From the NCBI GenBank assembly GCA_963665295.1, contig OY762209.1:2624001-2688000 (forward strand): a stretch of 64,000 bases of DNA, given 5' to 3'. Positions 43,828 through 53,689 of the stretch are shown in pieces. Position numbers and translations under genes: made by a program. The notes under the pieces are model-generated. The model did no database searches and was not told the DNA's origin. It saw only the letters and a list, made by a program, of their open reading frames with translations. Within the stretch, counting starts at the first letter, position 1. Every line of letters starts with the position of its first letter. The stretch comes from Syntrophorhabdaceae bacterium (GTDB lineage Bacteria > Desulfobacterota > Syntrophorhabdia > Syntrophorhabdales > Syntrophorhabdaceae).

Positions 43828-45233
43828 AAATCCGGTCGATCAGGACCAGGATAACCCTCTGGTACACGAGCCTTCTGGCGATCACGTTCCTGATCCTCGG
43901 CGTGGCGGGTTTTACCGTGGTTGCCTATACCCTCTACGAGGAAACGGATTCCGCCCTGAAAAGTGTGGCCGTGGCCCTGGCCGAGAAGAGCAAGGGTGAG
44001 ACCGCCGGTCTGCCCCCTGAAGTGGGGGAGGTATTCCGGCGTTTCTTCGGTCCTCTTCCGGTGGAGCCTTATTTTGAATGGCGTGACCCTCAGGGGAATA
44101 TCCGAAAGGAGTTTCACGAGCCCGCGGGTATCCCCTTTACGCCTGAGGCAAAGCGGAGCGCCATGGAGGGTATTGCGACCTATGAGACCCTTTCGGGCGC
44201 GGACGCGTATCCCGTGAGGGTCCTCACATGGCCGGTCATAGATTCGGGCAGGGTTGTCTCCGTGGTCCGGGTGGGCATGTCCCGGATGAACCTTTACCGC
44301 TCGACCTACCGTTTTCTCCTGATAATGACGATCCTTTTACCTTTTGCCCTCGCCCTCGCGGGGGGCGGCGGGTGGTTCTTTGCGCGCCGTGCCCTGGCTC
44401 CTGTGGACAGGATGATCGAAACCGCCCATGAGATAGACGCGGGTCGCCTTCATGCCCGTTTAGAGCTGACCGGGGCGAGGGATGAACTGGACAGACTGGC
44501 CGACACCTTGAACGGCATGCTGGGCCGCCTCGACGCGGCCTTCAGGGAGATGCGCCAGTTCACCGCCGATGCGTCCCATGAACTGCAAACGCCTCTCACC
44601 ATCATCCGGGGCGAGATGGAAGTGGCCCTGAGGTCGAAGAGGAGTCCGGAAGAGTACGCGGACGTGCTCCGGAGCGCCCTCGAAGAGATAAAGCGCATAT
44701 CGGCCCTCGTGGAAGGGCTTCTCCTTCTTGCAAGGTCGGACGCGGGGGTTCTCAGGATGGACCGGACGCCTGTTGACATGGCCCAACTTGTGGAGGAGGT
44801 CCTGGGCCAGGCGACGCCCCTCGCCCGGACAAAAGGGGTGAACCTTAAATTGGGCCGGATAGAGCCCCTCGAAGTCCCGGGGGATCTTTCACACCTGAGA
44901 AGGCTCCTCCTTAACCTTGTGGATAACGCGATCAAGTACACCCCTTCCGAAGGCAGGGTAAAGGTGTCGGCGGAGTCGGGCGGCGGATGGGCCATATTTT
45001 CGGTGGAGGATACGGGCCCGGGCATCCCCGACGGAGAAGAAGACAAGATTTTTCAAAGGTTCTACCGTTCCCCCGAAGCCCGTTCGGGTGGACAGGGGGG
45101 CTCCGGTCTCGGACTCTCCATCGTCAAGTCCATAGTTGAGGCCCACCATGGAAAGATGGAGCTTGAAAGCTCGCCCGCCAAGGGGAGCATCTTCAGGGTA
45201 TTCCTGCCCATGGAGTCCGGGAAGCCGGATTAG
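43824..45233 (+). CDS. CusS-like sensor histidine kinase
   Basis: 2 TM, HAMP, FTADASHELQTPL, NLVDNAIKYT, GSGLGLSI. Confidence 0.93.
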   Translation: MKIRSIRTRITLWYTSLLAITFLILGVAGFTVVAYTLYEETDSALKSVAVALAEKSKGETAGLPPEVGEVFRRFFGPLPVEPYFEWRDPQGNIRKEFHEPAGIPFTPEAKRSAMEGIATYETLSGADAYPVRVLTWPVIDSGRVVSVVRVGMSRMNLYRSTYRFLLIMTILLPFALALAGGGGWFFARRALAPVDRMIETAHEIDAGRLHARLELTGARDELDRLADTLNGMLGRLDAAFREMRQFTADASHELQTPLTIIRGEMEVALRSKRSPEEYADVLRSALEEIKRISALVEGLLLLARSDAGVLRMDRTPVDMAQLVEEVLGQATPLARTKGVNLKLGRIEPLEVPGDLSHLRRLLLNLVDNAIKYTPSEGRVKVSAESGGGWAIFSVEDTGPGIPDGEEDKIFQRFYRSPEARSGGQGGSGLGLSIVKSIVEAHHGKMELESSPAKGSIFRVFLPMESGKPD

Positions 45234-45240
45234 AAGATTC

Positions 45241-45269
45241 TAATGTTCAACTAATCCCGTTTTAATGTT
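45241..45269 (+). promoter_or_regulatory. Tandem direct repeats, candidate OmpR-family operator
   Basis: TAAT at 45241, 45252 and 45263 (11-bp phasing; TAATGTT twice) upstream of degP. Confidence 0.5.
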
Positions 45270-45355
45270 GCCTCTTTATACTGTTCTTCAGGGGAAAGGG
45301 AACCGGGAGCGTTCCGGCGACCCATCCCCGGAAACCGATTAAAGGAGGTACTATT

Positions 45356-46828
45356 ATGATCAGCAAGGTGAGAACCTATTTAAAGACGGGGACGTTCCGT
45401 TACCCGGCCCTGGCCGCGACGGCCATGGTGTTTCTTTTTGCCGGTATGCTCCTGGCTTCGTCAGCCAGATTTACCGGCTCAACCCATGCGGGGACTCCCG
45501 TTCCGGTCGGCGTTCACGGCGCTCCCCCATCATTTGCGGACCTTGCGGAGGCACTTGGCCCCGCGGTAGTGAATATCAAGGTTACGAAGGTCCAGAAGAC
45601 GGGCTATTCCGACATGTCGCAGTTTTCGGAGGGCCCTTTCGGGGATATGTTCAAGCGTTTCTTCGGGGACGCGCCCCGCGGCCCTGAGACGTTCAAGACC
45701 CAGGGGGCAGGGTCGGGCGTGGTCATCGCCGCCGACGGGACCATCCTCACGAATTACCACGTGGTGGATGACGCGAAGGATATCGTGGTGACCATGAGCG
45801 ACAAGCGGGAGTTCAAGGCCCGCACCATAGGCAAGGACCCGAAGACCGACCTCGCGGTCCTGAAGGTCGACGGAAAGGGGTCGTTCAAGGCGGCGGCCCT
45901 CGGTAATTCGGACGTGTTACGGGTTGGAGACTGGGTCCTTGCCATAGGCAACCCCTTCGGGTTGAGCAACACGGTAACGTCCGGCATCGTGAGCGCCAAA
46001 GGAAGGATAATCGGTGCGGGTCCTTACGACGACTTCATCCAGACCGATGCCCCTATCAACCCGGGCAACTCCGGCGGTCCCCTTTTTAACATGAAGGGCG
46101 AAGTAGTGGGAATCAATACGGCAATCATCCCGAACGGCCAGGGCATCGGGTTCGCCATCCCTGTCAACACCGCAAAGGGCCTGCTTCCGGAGCTTGTGTC
46201 AAAGGGTGGGGTGACGAGAGGATACCTGGGGGTGAGCATCCAGAACATATCGGAGGACCTTGCGGCAACCCTTAACCTCAAGACCGTCAAGGGCGTACTG
46301 GTGAGCGATGTTGTCCAGGACGGACCCGCAGACAAGGGAGGCATCAAACAGGGAGATGTGATCCTCTCTTTCAACGGCAAGGACGTAAAGGAGAGCCACG
46401 AACTGTCGTCGGCGGTAGCGGCTACACCGGTGGACAAGGCGGCGCCTGTCCGAATCCTGAGAGATGGAAAAGAACTGACCATAACGGTAAAGACCGGGAA
46501 GCTTCCTTCCGAAGAACGGACGGCCGAGAACACGGGAGAGGAGACAAAAGGCAAATGGGGCATGCAGCTTCAGGAACTGAACCCCGACACGGCCCGGCGG
46601 ATGGGACTCAGAAACCGGCAGGGTATCGTGGTAGCCGGGGTTGAGCCCGGGAGTCCGGCGGACAACGCTTCCCTTCAGAAGGGGGATATAATCCTTGAAG
46701 TGAACCGCACGCAGGTGAAGGGTATTGAAGAAATGAAACGGGAGTTGAAGAAGCTGGACGGGAAAGGGCCGCTTCTCCTCCTCGTCGAGCGCGGGGGCAG
46801 CAACCTCTACGTCGCGCTCAAAGGCTAA
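45356..46828 (+). CDS. degP: DegP/DegQ (HtrA) periplasmic serine protease
   Basis: TNYHVV, DLAVLK, IQTDAPINPGNSGGPL, two PDZ domains. Confidence 0.93.
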   Translation: MISKVRTYLKTGTFRYPALAATAMVFLFAGMLLASSARFTGSTHAGTPVPVGVHGAPPSFADLAEALGPAVVNIKVTKVQKTGYSDMSQFSEGPFGDMFKRFFGDAPRGPETFKTQGAGSGVVIAADGTILTNYHVVDDAKDIVVTMSDKREFKARTIGKDPKTDLAVLKVDGKGSFKAAALGNSDVLRVGDWVLAIGNPFGLSNTVTSGIVSAKGRIIGAGPYDDFIQTDAPINPGNSGGPLFNMKGEVVGINTAIIPNGQGIGFAIPVNTAKGLLPELVSKGGVTRGYLGVSIQNISEDLAATLNLKTVKGVLVSDVVQDGPADKGGIKQGDVILSFNGKDVKESHELSSAVAATPVDKAAPVRILRDGKELTITVKTGKLPSEERTAENTGEETKGKWGMQLQELNPDTARRMGLRNRQGIVVAGVEPGSPADNASLQKGDIILEVNRTQVKGIEEMKRELKKLDGKGPLLLLVERGGSNLYVALKG

Positions 46829-46856
46829 CGCCCATTCGGGCAAGGGATTCGCTTTC

Positions 46857-46898
46857 AAAAAAAGGGGCCGCCCGCCGGTATGACGGGCGGCCCCTTTT
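46857..46898. terminator. Bidirectional intrinsic terminator
   Basis: A-run, ggggccgcccg / cgggcggcccc stem, T-run; between convergent degP and acr3. Confidence 0.85.
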
Positions 46899-46921
46899 AC
46901 GTTTCCCGATACCGTCGAAGT

Positions 46922-48016
46922 TCAGTCCTTACACGTGTAGTAGCAGATGCCCGCAGGTGTCTCCTTTGCATAAGGGAAATACCTCTTTTTGAACCAGAGG
47001 GACAGGTGGACCAGATTGATGAGGACCGGCACCTCCACGAGGGGGCCTATCACCGCGGCAAAGGCGGCACCCGAATTGATCCCGAAGACGGCCACGGCCA
47101 CGGCGATGGCAAGCTCGAAATTGTTCGACGCGGCGGTAAAGGAAAGCGTCGCGGCCTGCCCGTAGTGGGCCTTCACTTTTGCGCTCATGTAAAAGGAAAC
47201 GAGGAACATGATGATAAAGTAAATGAGCAGAGGAATGGCGATCCTTACCACGTCGAGCGGAATTTTCACGATATACTCGCCCTTCAGGGAGAACATGACG
47301 AGGATCGTAAAAAGAAGGGCGATAAGGGTCAGAGGGCTGATCATGGGAATGAACTTCTCATGGTACCACTGCTTGTTCTTTATGTTGATCAGGGCGAATC
47401 TCGTGATGACCCCTGCAATAAAGGGGATGCCGAGGTAGATGAAGACGCTCCGGGCGATTTGCCCGATGGTGATATTCACCGCCACACCCTTAAGCCCGAG
47501 GAAAGGGGGAAGAACGGTGATAAATATGTAGGCGTACACGGAGAAGAAAAGGACCTGGAAGATGGAGTTGAATGCCACGAGTCCCGCGCAGTATTCCGTA
47601 TCCCCTTTCGCAAGATCATTCCAGACGATGACCATGGCGATGCACCGGGCAAGGCCGATCATGATGAGCCCCACCATGTATTCCGGATAGCCCCTCAGGA
47701 ATATGACGGCGAGGAGGAACATGAGGATAGGACCCACGACCCAGTTTTGAACGAGGGAAAGGCCAAGGACCTTGACGTTCTTGAATACCTCTCCCAGTTC
47801 TTCGTACTTTACCTTCGCAAGGGGCGGGTACATCATGAGTATAAGTCCTATGGCAATGGGAATATTGGTTGTCCCCGACTGGAACCGGTTCCAGAAATCG
47901 ACCACGCCCGGGGAAACGTAGCCCCATCCCACCCCTATGAACATGGCCAGAAATATCCATAACGTGAGAAACCGGTCCAAAAAAGAAAGTTTTCTGCTGA
48001 GTTGTTCTCCGGCCAT
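46922..48016 (-). CDS. acr3: Acr3-family arsenite efflux transporter
   Basis: [41 protein letters not shown]. Confidence 0.95.
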   Translation of the reverse strand: MAGEQLSRKLSFLDRFLTLWIFLAMFIGVGWGYVSPGVVDFWNRFQSGTTNIPIAIGLILMMYPPLAKVKYEELGEVFKNVKVLGLSLVQNWVVGPILMFLLAVIFLRGYPEYMVGLIMIGLARCIAMVIVWNDLAKGDTEYCAGLVAFNSIFQVLFFSVYAYIFITVLPPFLGLKGVAVNITIGQIARSVFIYLGIPFIAGVITRFALINIKNKQWYHEKFIPMISPLTLIALLFTILVMFSLKGEYIVKIPLDVVRIAIPLLIYFIIMFLVSFYMSAKVKAHYGQAATLSFTAASNNFELAIAVAVAVFGINSGAAFAAVIGPLVEVPVLINLVHLSLWFKKRYFPYAKETPAGICYYTCKD

Positions 48017-48046
48017 CCGTTCTCTCCTCCTTCTATGCAGCGGAAT

Positions 48047-48463
48047 TCATTTTGCGCCCCGTCGTCTGCCCGTCTTGCGGGCACCGGGGCGGGAAGACCG
48101 CGCCATAAGATCCTCCGGCGTTTTCGTCTCGCACAGCTTCTCGGCCTTTACCACTTCCATTCTTGCCGCATCCTCCCGGGACCACTCTAGGGAAGAGAGG
48201 CGCTCGCGCATGAAATCGAGTTGGGCCGACGAGACCCCGTCCAGGGGCTCCTTGATGAAATAGTGCATCCATACTCCCACCCGTTTGCTACCCACCAGTC
48301 CCGAATTCCTGAGGTACGCGAGGTGCCTGGATATCTTTGACTGGGGTTCGTTGAAGATCGCCATGAGGTCGCACACGCATAGCTCTCCGTGGGTGAGGAG
48401 CATCAGGATTCTGAGCCTCATCTCCTCGGAGAGGGCCTTATACAATTGGACGGTCCGTTCCAT
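48047..48463 (-). CDS. arsR: ArsR-family repressor
   Basis: ELCVCDL, SKISRHLAYLR; upstream of acr3. Confidence 0.92.
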   Translation of the reverse strand: MERTVQLYKALSEEMRLRILMLLTHGELCVCDLMAIFNEPQSKISRHLAYLRNSGLVGSKRVGVWMHYFIKEPLDGVSSAQLDFMRERLSSLEWSREDAARMEVVKAEKLCETKTPEDLMARSSRPGARKTGRRRGAK

Positions 48464-48578
48464 GGTCGATCTCCTGCATCGTGATAACCGCATATGCGGA
48501 TATAACGATATCTATACCATTCCGTTCCCGCACGGTCAAGAGAGATTTTCGGGTAGGAAGAGACGACGCGGGTGTGGT

Positions 48579-49229
48579 ATGGTATGTGCATCCATGATGA
48601 TGGTTTGCTTGAATATTCGCGGCGCCCGTACCGGGTCCGTCCTTCTTTTTGCGTCTCTTGCCCTTATGTTTTTTTCGCTCTTCTTCAAGGGGCCGTCGAG
48701 CACCGCATATGGGGCGGAGGCCCTTATCCCTTCTTTCGGGACGGGAAGGGTGGCGGTAAGGCTCTACACGGATTTCTTCTGTCCCCCATGCCGGGCCATG
48801 GAGCCGAAAATGGAGCCGCTCCTCACTGAGTTGATGAGAAGGAATGCCGTCAGTCTCACCATGGTGAATACTCCCCTTACCAGGGCTTCGCGCACCTATG
48901 CGAGGTACTTTCTGTACATATTGAACGAAAAGAAGGAATTTGACCATGCCATGGCTGCACGGTCCGCGCTTTTCAGTGCCTCCCTCGAAGACATAACCGA
49001 TGAGGTGAAGCTGGAGGAATATCTGAGGCGGAAGGGGATAGGGTTCAAGCCCTTCGACGCGAAGCCCTCATTCGATATCATGACCGATTATCTGAAGACC
49101 GACAGGGTAACGTCTACACCCACCTGCATTCTGGTCGAGGGCGGTTTGGTAACGAAGTTGAGGGGCGACGCTGATATCGTAAAAGCCCTGGAGCGGTTGA
49201 GGCGGGAGGCAGGGCCGGCGGCGCGGTAA
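48579..49229 (+). CDS. DsbA/thioredoxin-fold exported protein (start uncertain)
   Basis: YTDFFCPPC, VTSTPTC cis-Pro loop. Confidence 0.8.
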   Translation: MVCASMMMVCLNIRGARTGSVLLFASLALMFFSLFFKGPSSTAYGAEALIPSFGTGRVAVRLYTDFFCPPCRAMEPKMEPLLTELMRRNAVSLTMVNTPLTRASRTYARYFLYILNEKKEFDHAMAARSALFSASLEDITDEVKLEEYLRRKGIGFKPFDAKPSFDIMTDYLKTDRVTSTPTCILVEGGLVTKLRGDADIVKALERLRREAGPAAR

Positions 49230-50276
49230 TCACTCCACGTAACGGAGTCTCCTGAGCTTGATGACCACGTGCACATTGCTCCCTTCTTTCAGGTCCATGT
49301 CATCGAAGACATTTTCCGGCACTTCGGCAACGAGCCTGGTCCTCCCGATGGACACCTTTACCCGGACGAGGGAATGGAAGCGCACGATCTCGGCGACGGA
49401 ACCGCGGTAACGGTTGAGGGTCGGCCCGGGCGGCTTCGTATTGGAGATATAGATATCGTAGGGGGAGATGGCGATCTTCCCTATCTTGTCTCCTTCGTAG
49501 GGGAGGACCATCTTGAGGTCTCCCGTGGCAATCTCCACGAGGCCCGAAGAAAGGACCCTGTATTCATCGCACTTGAGGATATTGGGCATGCCCACAAACT
49601 CGGACACCACATCGGTGGCGGGGTGGAAAAGGATATCAGAAGGACGGGCGATCTGCTCGATAGCACCCTTGTGCATAATGGCGATCCTGTCCGCTATCTC
49701 TTCAGCTCCCCGCAGGTCGTGGATGACGAAGACGGACGTGATCTTAAGCCGTTTGAGGAGCGCTCTGAGTTCCACCCTGAGATACTTCGCACTTTGCACA
49801 TCGAGGCTCGCCGTGGGCTCGTCGAGGAGGAGTACCTTCTGAAAAGGGGCCACCGCCCTCGCTATGGCAACCCTTTGTTTTTCTCCGCCACTGAGGAGAG
49901 AAGGCCGCCTGTCCTTGAGCCTGCCTATATGAAGGGCGTCGGTCAACTCCTTTACCCTGCCCTCGATGACGTCCTTGTCGTACCCCTGCACCTTAAGGCC
50001 ATAAGCGATGTTTCCTGCCACGGTGAGATGGGGAAAGAGGGCCAGGTCCTGAAAGAGATATCCGATCCCCCGTTTATGCGGGGGGACGCGGTCGATCTTT
50101 TTGCCGTCCACGAGGACCTCCCCCTTATACTGGGTGAGCCCGGCGAGGACGTTGAGGACAGTCGATTTACCGGCTCCGTTCGGTCCCACCAGGGCAAGAA
50201 CTTCCTCGTCCTCCACAGCGAGGTTGATATCCCGAAGGGCGTAGTTGGTCACATTCTTGAGTTCTAGGCGGGGCAT
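49230..50276 (-). CDS. modC: Molybdate/tungstate ABC ATPase
   Basis: GPNGAGKS, LSGGEKQR, LLLDEP, C-terminal TOBE-like region. Confidence 0.85.
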   Translation of the reverse strand: MPRLELKNVTNYALRDINLAVEDEEVLALVGPNGAGKSTVLNVLAGLTQYKGEVLVDGKKIDRVPPHKRGIGYLFQDLALFPHLTVAGNIAYGLKVQGYDKDVIEGRVKELTDALHIGRLKDRRPSLLSGGEKQRVAIARAVAPFQKVLLLDEPTASLDVQSAKYLRVELRALLKRLKITSVFVIHDLRGAEEIADRIAIMHKGAIEQIARPSDILFHPATDVVSEFVGMPNILKCDEYRVLSSGLVEIATGDLKMVLPYEGDKIGKIAISPYDIYISNTKPPGPTLNRYRGSVAEIVRFHSLVRVKVSIGRTRLVAEVPENVFDDMDLKEGSNVHVVIKLRRLRYVE

Positions 50277-50306
50277 GGCACCAACCTTCCCCAGGGCCTC
50301 CCTGCC

Positions 50307-51089
50307 TTAGACCCCGACATAGGGCTCCCTTCGCGTGAAGAACCTCACGCCGTAAAGAATGCTCAATCCGATTGCCACAAGGAGCAGTACGAGGACCACC
50401 GTTCCTTCGATGTCGGCGCTTGCAAGCCTCATGTATATGGCAACCGGGATGGTCTCTGTTTTCATGGCCATGGACCCCGCGATAGTGATGGTCGCGCCGA
50501 ATTCTCCGACGGCCTTTGCCCAGGTAAGAATCGAGGAGGCGATGATCCCGCGTTTCGAGAGGGGGAGGGTGACGGTGAAGAAGGCCTTCGAGGGAGAGGC
50601 CCCGAGGGTCCTTGCCACCTCTTCATATCGCTGCGGTATCTCGTCCATGGCGGCCTTGATAAGCCGTATGGCGATCCCTACGGTGGTGACGAACTGGGCT
50701 ATCAGGATGCCGTAGATGGTGAATACGACTTGCATGCCCTTTTCCTGTATGGCGCTGCCGAAGGGGGTATTGAAAAATACGAGCACCATGGCGCCCAGGG
50801 CAACGGGAGAGACGATCATGGGCAGTTCCAGGATCGTGTCGATGATATGGCGGCCGAAGAAGTTATACCGCGAAAGTGCGTAGGCCGCGGGCACGGCGAA
50901 GAAGATGGAGACGATCGTAACGGCCGTGGCAGTCATAAGACTCAGGCGGACCGAAAAGAGCGTCCTTTCCGACAGGAGGATGTCGAGAAAGACCGGTCCC
51001 TTGAAAAAGCTGAACAGAGAGAGGATGAGCCCTCCATAGACGCAAAAGATGCATATGCCGAATCCTATGGAGAGCCGCTTAAAAGTCAT
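50307..51089 (-). CDS. modB: Molybdate/tungstate ABC permease
   Basis: ELPMIVSPVALG, EEVARTLGAS, AVGEFGAT. Confidence 0.88.
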   Translation of the reverse strand: MTFKRLSIGFGICIFCVYGGLILSLFSFFKGPVFLDILLSERTLFSVRLSLMTATAVTIVSIFFAVPAAYALSRYNFFGRHIIDTILELPMIVSPVALGAMVLVFFNTPFGSAIQEKGMQVVFTIYGILIAQFVTTVGIAIRLIKAAMDEIPQRYEEVARTLGASPSKAFFTVTLPLSKRGIIASSILTWAKAVGEFGATITIAGSMAMKTETIPVAIYMRLASADIEGTVVLVLLLVAIGLSILYGVRFFTRREPYVGV

Positions 51090-51943
51090 TTTGAGGTCCA
51101 TTCCTTTGGGAGCGCGTATTCCCCGCCCACGGGTTTTTTCTCCCCTATCCACGCGAAGGCTTCATCGGGGCTCATGAAGTAGTGATATTTTCTGAAGATC
51201 AGACGGCCCTCCTCGGAGAGAATGAAGTCGACAAACTTCTGCGCCAGGGGCCGGTTGGAGGTGAACTTTGATACGGCGATGGGAATGTAGCCCACGCGGA
51301 CGATCTCCTCCTTCTTCAAAGGTATGGTTTCGATGCGGGCGGGGTCCCAGTACTGGAACACCCTCCAGCCGAGGACGGCGTCTGCGGCTTTCAATGAGAC
51401 GACGGTTGCCGTCTTTTCACAACTTTCCGTGTAGTTCACGAGGTTCTTTCTGAACCCGGCGAGTTCCGCCGGTTTGAGGTTCTTCTCCACGATCTCCACC
51501 GCGTAGAGGCCGACGCATACGCCGTCTGGATTCGCGATGGCGACCCGGAGGCCCGGCCGCGCAAGGTCGGTAAGGGATTTTATCCCCTTCGGGTTCCCTT
51601 TCTGGACGTTGATGGCGGGAACAAGATAGACTACGCGTTTTTCCGTTTCAGGGAAGACGACCCCTTTCTTTTTGGCGATTTCCATGAAGTCGGAAGAGCC
51701 GGGGAAATAGATGTCGCCCTTTTTGGAGAGCGTCATCTGGGAAAGAACGAAGCCGGACCCGCCGAAGGTGATGTTGACCTTGACGCCCGTCTTCTTCTCG
51801 AATATCCTTGCCGCTTCCTCGGTAGGGGGTTTGCTCGCCGCCCCGGCGAAGACGAGGATTTCCTCCGCACGGGAAGTGGATGCTGCAAGGATGAAGAAAG
51901 ACATAAGAACAAAGAAAAGGGTACGGGCGACATGGGTCTTCAT
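51086..51943 (-). CDS. modA: Molybdate/tungstate ABC substrate-binding protein
   Basis: Signal peptide, FAGAASK, FGGSG, NPKGIKSLTDL. Confidence 0.88.
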   Translation of the reverse strand: MKTHVARTLFFVLMSFFILAASTSRAEEILVFAGAASKPPTEEAARIFEKKTGVKVNITFGGSGFVLSQMTLSKKGDIYFPGSSDFMEIAKKKGVVFPETEKRVVYLVPAINVQKGNPKGIKSLTDLARPGLRVAIANPDGVCVGLYAVEIVEKNLKPAELAGFRKNLVNYTESCEKTATVVSLKAADAVLGWRVFQYWDPARIETIPLKKEEIVRVGYIPIAVSKFTSNRPLAQKFVDFILSEEGRLIFRKYHYFMSPDEAFAWIGEKKPVGGEYALPKEWTSK

Positions 51944-52037
51944 TTAATTGGGCTCCTATTCCAGATTTGACGGTATATAATGTATTATATAACGGTTGAA
52001 TCTGTCAACGAAATGGAGTCTTTCCGGATTATCTCCG

Positions 52038-53261
52038 CTACGGATGATCGCCGGTCGCCTGCTGATTGTGGTCTGCCTGCGGGATTTCGCCTATACGCTT
52101 GAGGAGCGGGGTCATGGTCAGTCCTTGCACGAATATGGAAAAGGCCACCACCGCGAACGCGACGGAGACAATCATCTCCTGACCGGGCACGGTGGAAGGA
52201 AGACCCAGTGCGAGGGCAAGGGCAAGGGCGCCTCGCAGCCCTCCCCAGAACAACACGTGCTGGTGTCGGACCTGCACGCGAAGGGCGGACGACGCGAAAA
52301 GGGCGGCGCAGGGGTAAACGGCGCATGCCCGTCCCACTATGACAAGAAGGGTGGCGATAATTGCGGGCGTGACTATCCCTGCAAAATTACTACGCGACAG
52401 GTATATGCCGATACCGAGGAAAATAAGAGAGTTGGCCACAAAACCCAGGTATTCCCAAAAGGCGGTAACCGCAACCCTTCCTTTGGGGGAAATAGCGCCG
52501 AGGGGTCCCACGTTCCCTATGACCAACCCGGCGGTGAGTGACGCGAGAATCCCGGAACAATGAAAGTGCTCCGCAAGGAGGAAAGATCCGTATGCCGCGA
52601 CCACGGTAAAGGCAATTTTGACGAGATGGTCTTCCGTCCGTTTTGCGAGGAGCATAAGAGCACCTGCCAGGAGGGCCCCCGACAGTATGCCGCCTCCAAT
52701 GGTAAAGACGAGGGCCTTGACAACACCGCCCGCGCTTAAGCTGCTTCCCGAAGCGATCACGAGCATGACCCCGAAGCCGACCGCTGCCGTGCCGTCATTG
52801 AGAAGGCTTTCCGATTCGACCAGCAGTCTCAGCCGGCCGTGGACCCCCGCTTCTTTAAAGGCGGCGATTACGGAAACAGGATCGGTAGCCGCGATAAGGA
52901 TCCCGAAAAGGAGGGCGCTGATCCACTCCCATCCCGCAAAATATCTCATCCCCAATGCGGTCACGCCCCAAGACAGGCATACCCCGATTGTTGCGAGGAG
53001 GATAACCACCGGAAATTCCTTCCGCAGTTCCTTCCAACGGATCTCCAGGGCCGCCTCGAAGACAAGAGGCGGCAGCAGCACATTGAATATGAGGTCTTTG
53101 GTAAAGGGCACATCCGCGAAGAACGAGTGAAGTGAAAGGATAACGCCGGCAACCACCAGCCCCACCGTGTAAGGGACCCGGACCCGGCGGGTAATTATTG
53201 CCACCACCCCCGAAATAAGGAGTAAAAGCAAAAACCGTTCTATCTGTATGGTTACCTGCAA
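52038..53261 (-). CDS. CPA1 (NhaP-type) Na+/H+ antiporter
   Basis: LLPPLVFEAA, ATDPVSV, ESLLNDG, WGGLRGA. Confidence 0.92.
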   Translation of the reverse strand: MQVTIQIERFLLLLLISGVVAIITRRVRVPYTVGLVVAGVILSLHSFFADVPFTKDLIFNVLLPPLVFEAALEIRWKELRKEFPVVILLATIGVCLSWGVTALGMRYFAGWEWISALLFGILIAATDPVSVIAAFKEAGVHGRLRLLVESESLLNDGTAAVGFGVMLVIASGSSLSAGGVVKALVFTIGGGILSGALLAGALMLLAKRTEDHLVKIAFTVVAAYGSFLLAEHFHCSGILASLTAGLVIGNVGPLGAISPKGRVAVTAFWEYLGFVANSLIFLGIGIYLSRSNFAGIVTPAIIATLLVIVGRACAVYPCAALFASSALRVQVRHQHVLFWGGLRGALALALALGLPSTVPGQEMIVSVAFAVVAFSIFVQGLTMTPLLKRIGEIPQADHNQQATGDHP

Positions 53262-53291
53262 AGTCGTGTCCCCATGGTTTGCGTTATAAAT

Positions 53292-53330
53292 CTGGCCGCT
53301 CGGCGGGCTTAACCCATCCGTCGAAGGGTA
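53292..53330 (-). ncRNA. Candidate Na+-sensing (DUF1646-like) riboswitch
   Basis: Minus strand cttcgacggatGGGTTaagcccGCCGAGcgg in the leader of a Na+/H+ antiporter; resemblance to the motif is from memory. Confidence 0.4.
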
Positions 53331-53511
53331 TGCATCATTATATGCTCAATAGTATATCAGGTATTTTCCCTTTAGGCTATATCCGCTACAGGCTATATCG
53401 GGACTTATGGGCCCACGCAAGCGTGATACTCATCTGACTGGCGAGACGGGCCTTGACTTGTACGGCCGTTGGCCATAAATTTCCCAAGGATACTTGCTGT
53501 TACGGAGTTTC

Positions 53512-53599
53512 ATCGGGTTCGGGGTATGCCGCTCCCCGAAGGGATCACGAAAGGATGGTCGGGCCGCCACCCGGGATTAATCTCTTGGGTGGCGTTTTT
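53512..53599 (+). ncRNA. Candidate nhaA-I (Li+/Na+) riboswitch with overlapping terminator
   Basis: GGGT...GGTCGGGCCGCCA (53557-53569); terminator cgccaccc...gggtggcg followed by ttttt shares the 3' end; upstream of nhaA. Confidence 0.65.
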
Positions 53600-53689
53600 G
53601 TGCGACAGCGCTCCGGAATAAAAGGAAAGGACGTTGTGACCGATGGGGGACCGGCGATGGGTCCCGGGCTGTCTCAGGCGGAGCAAGTT

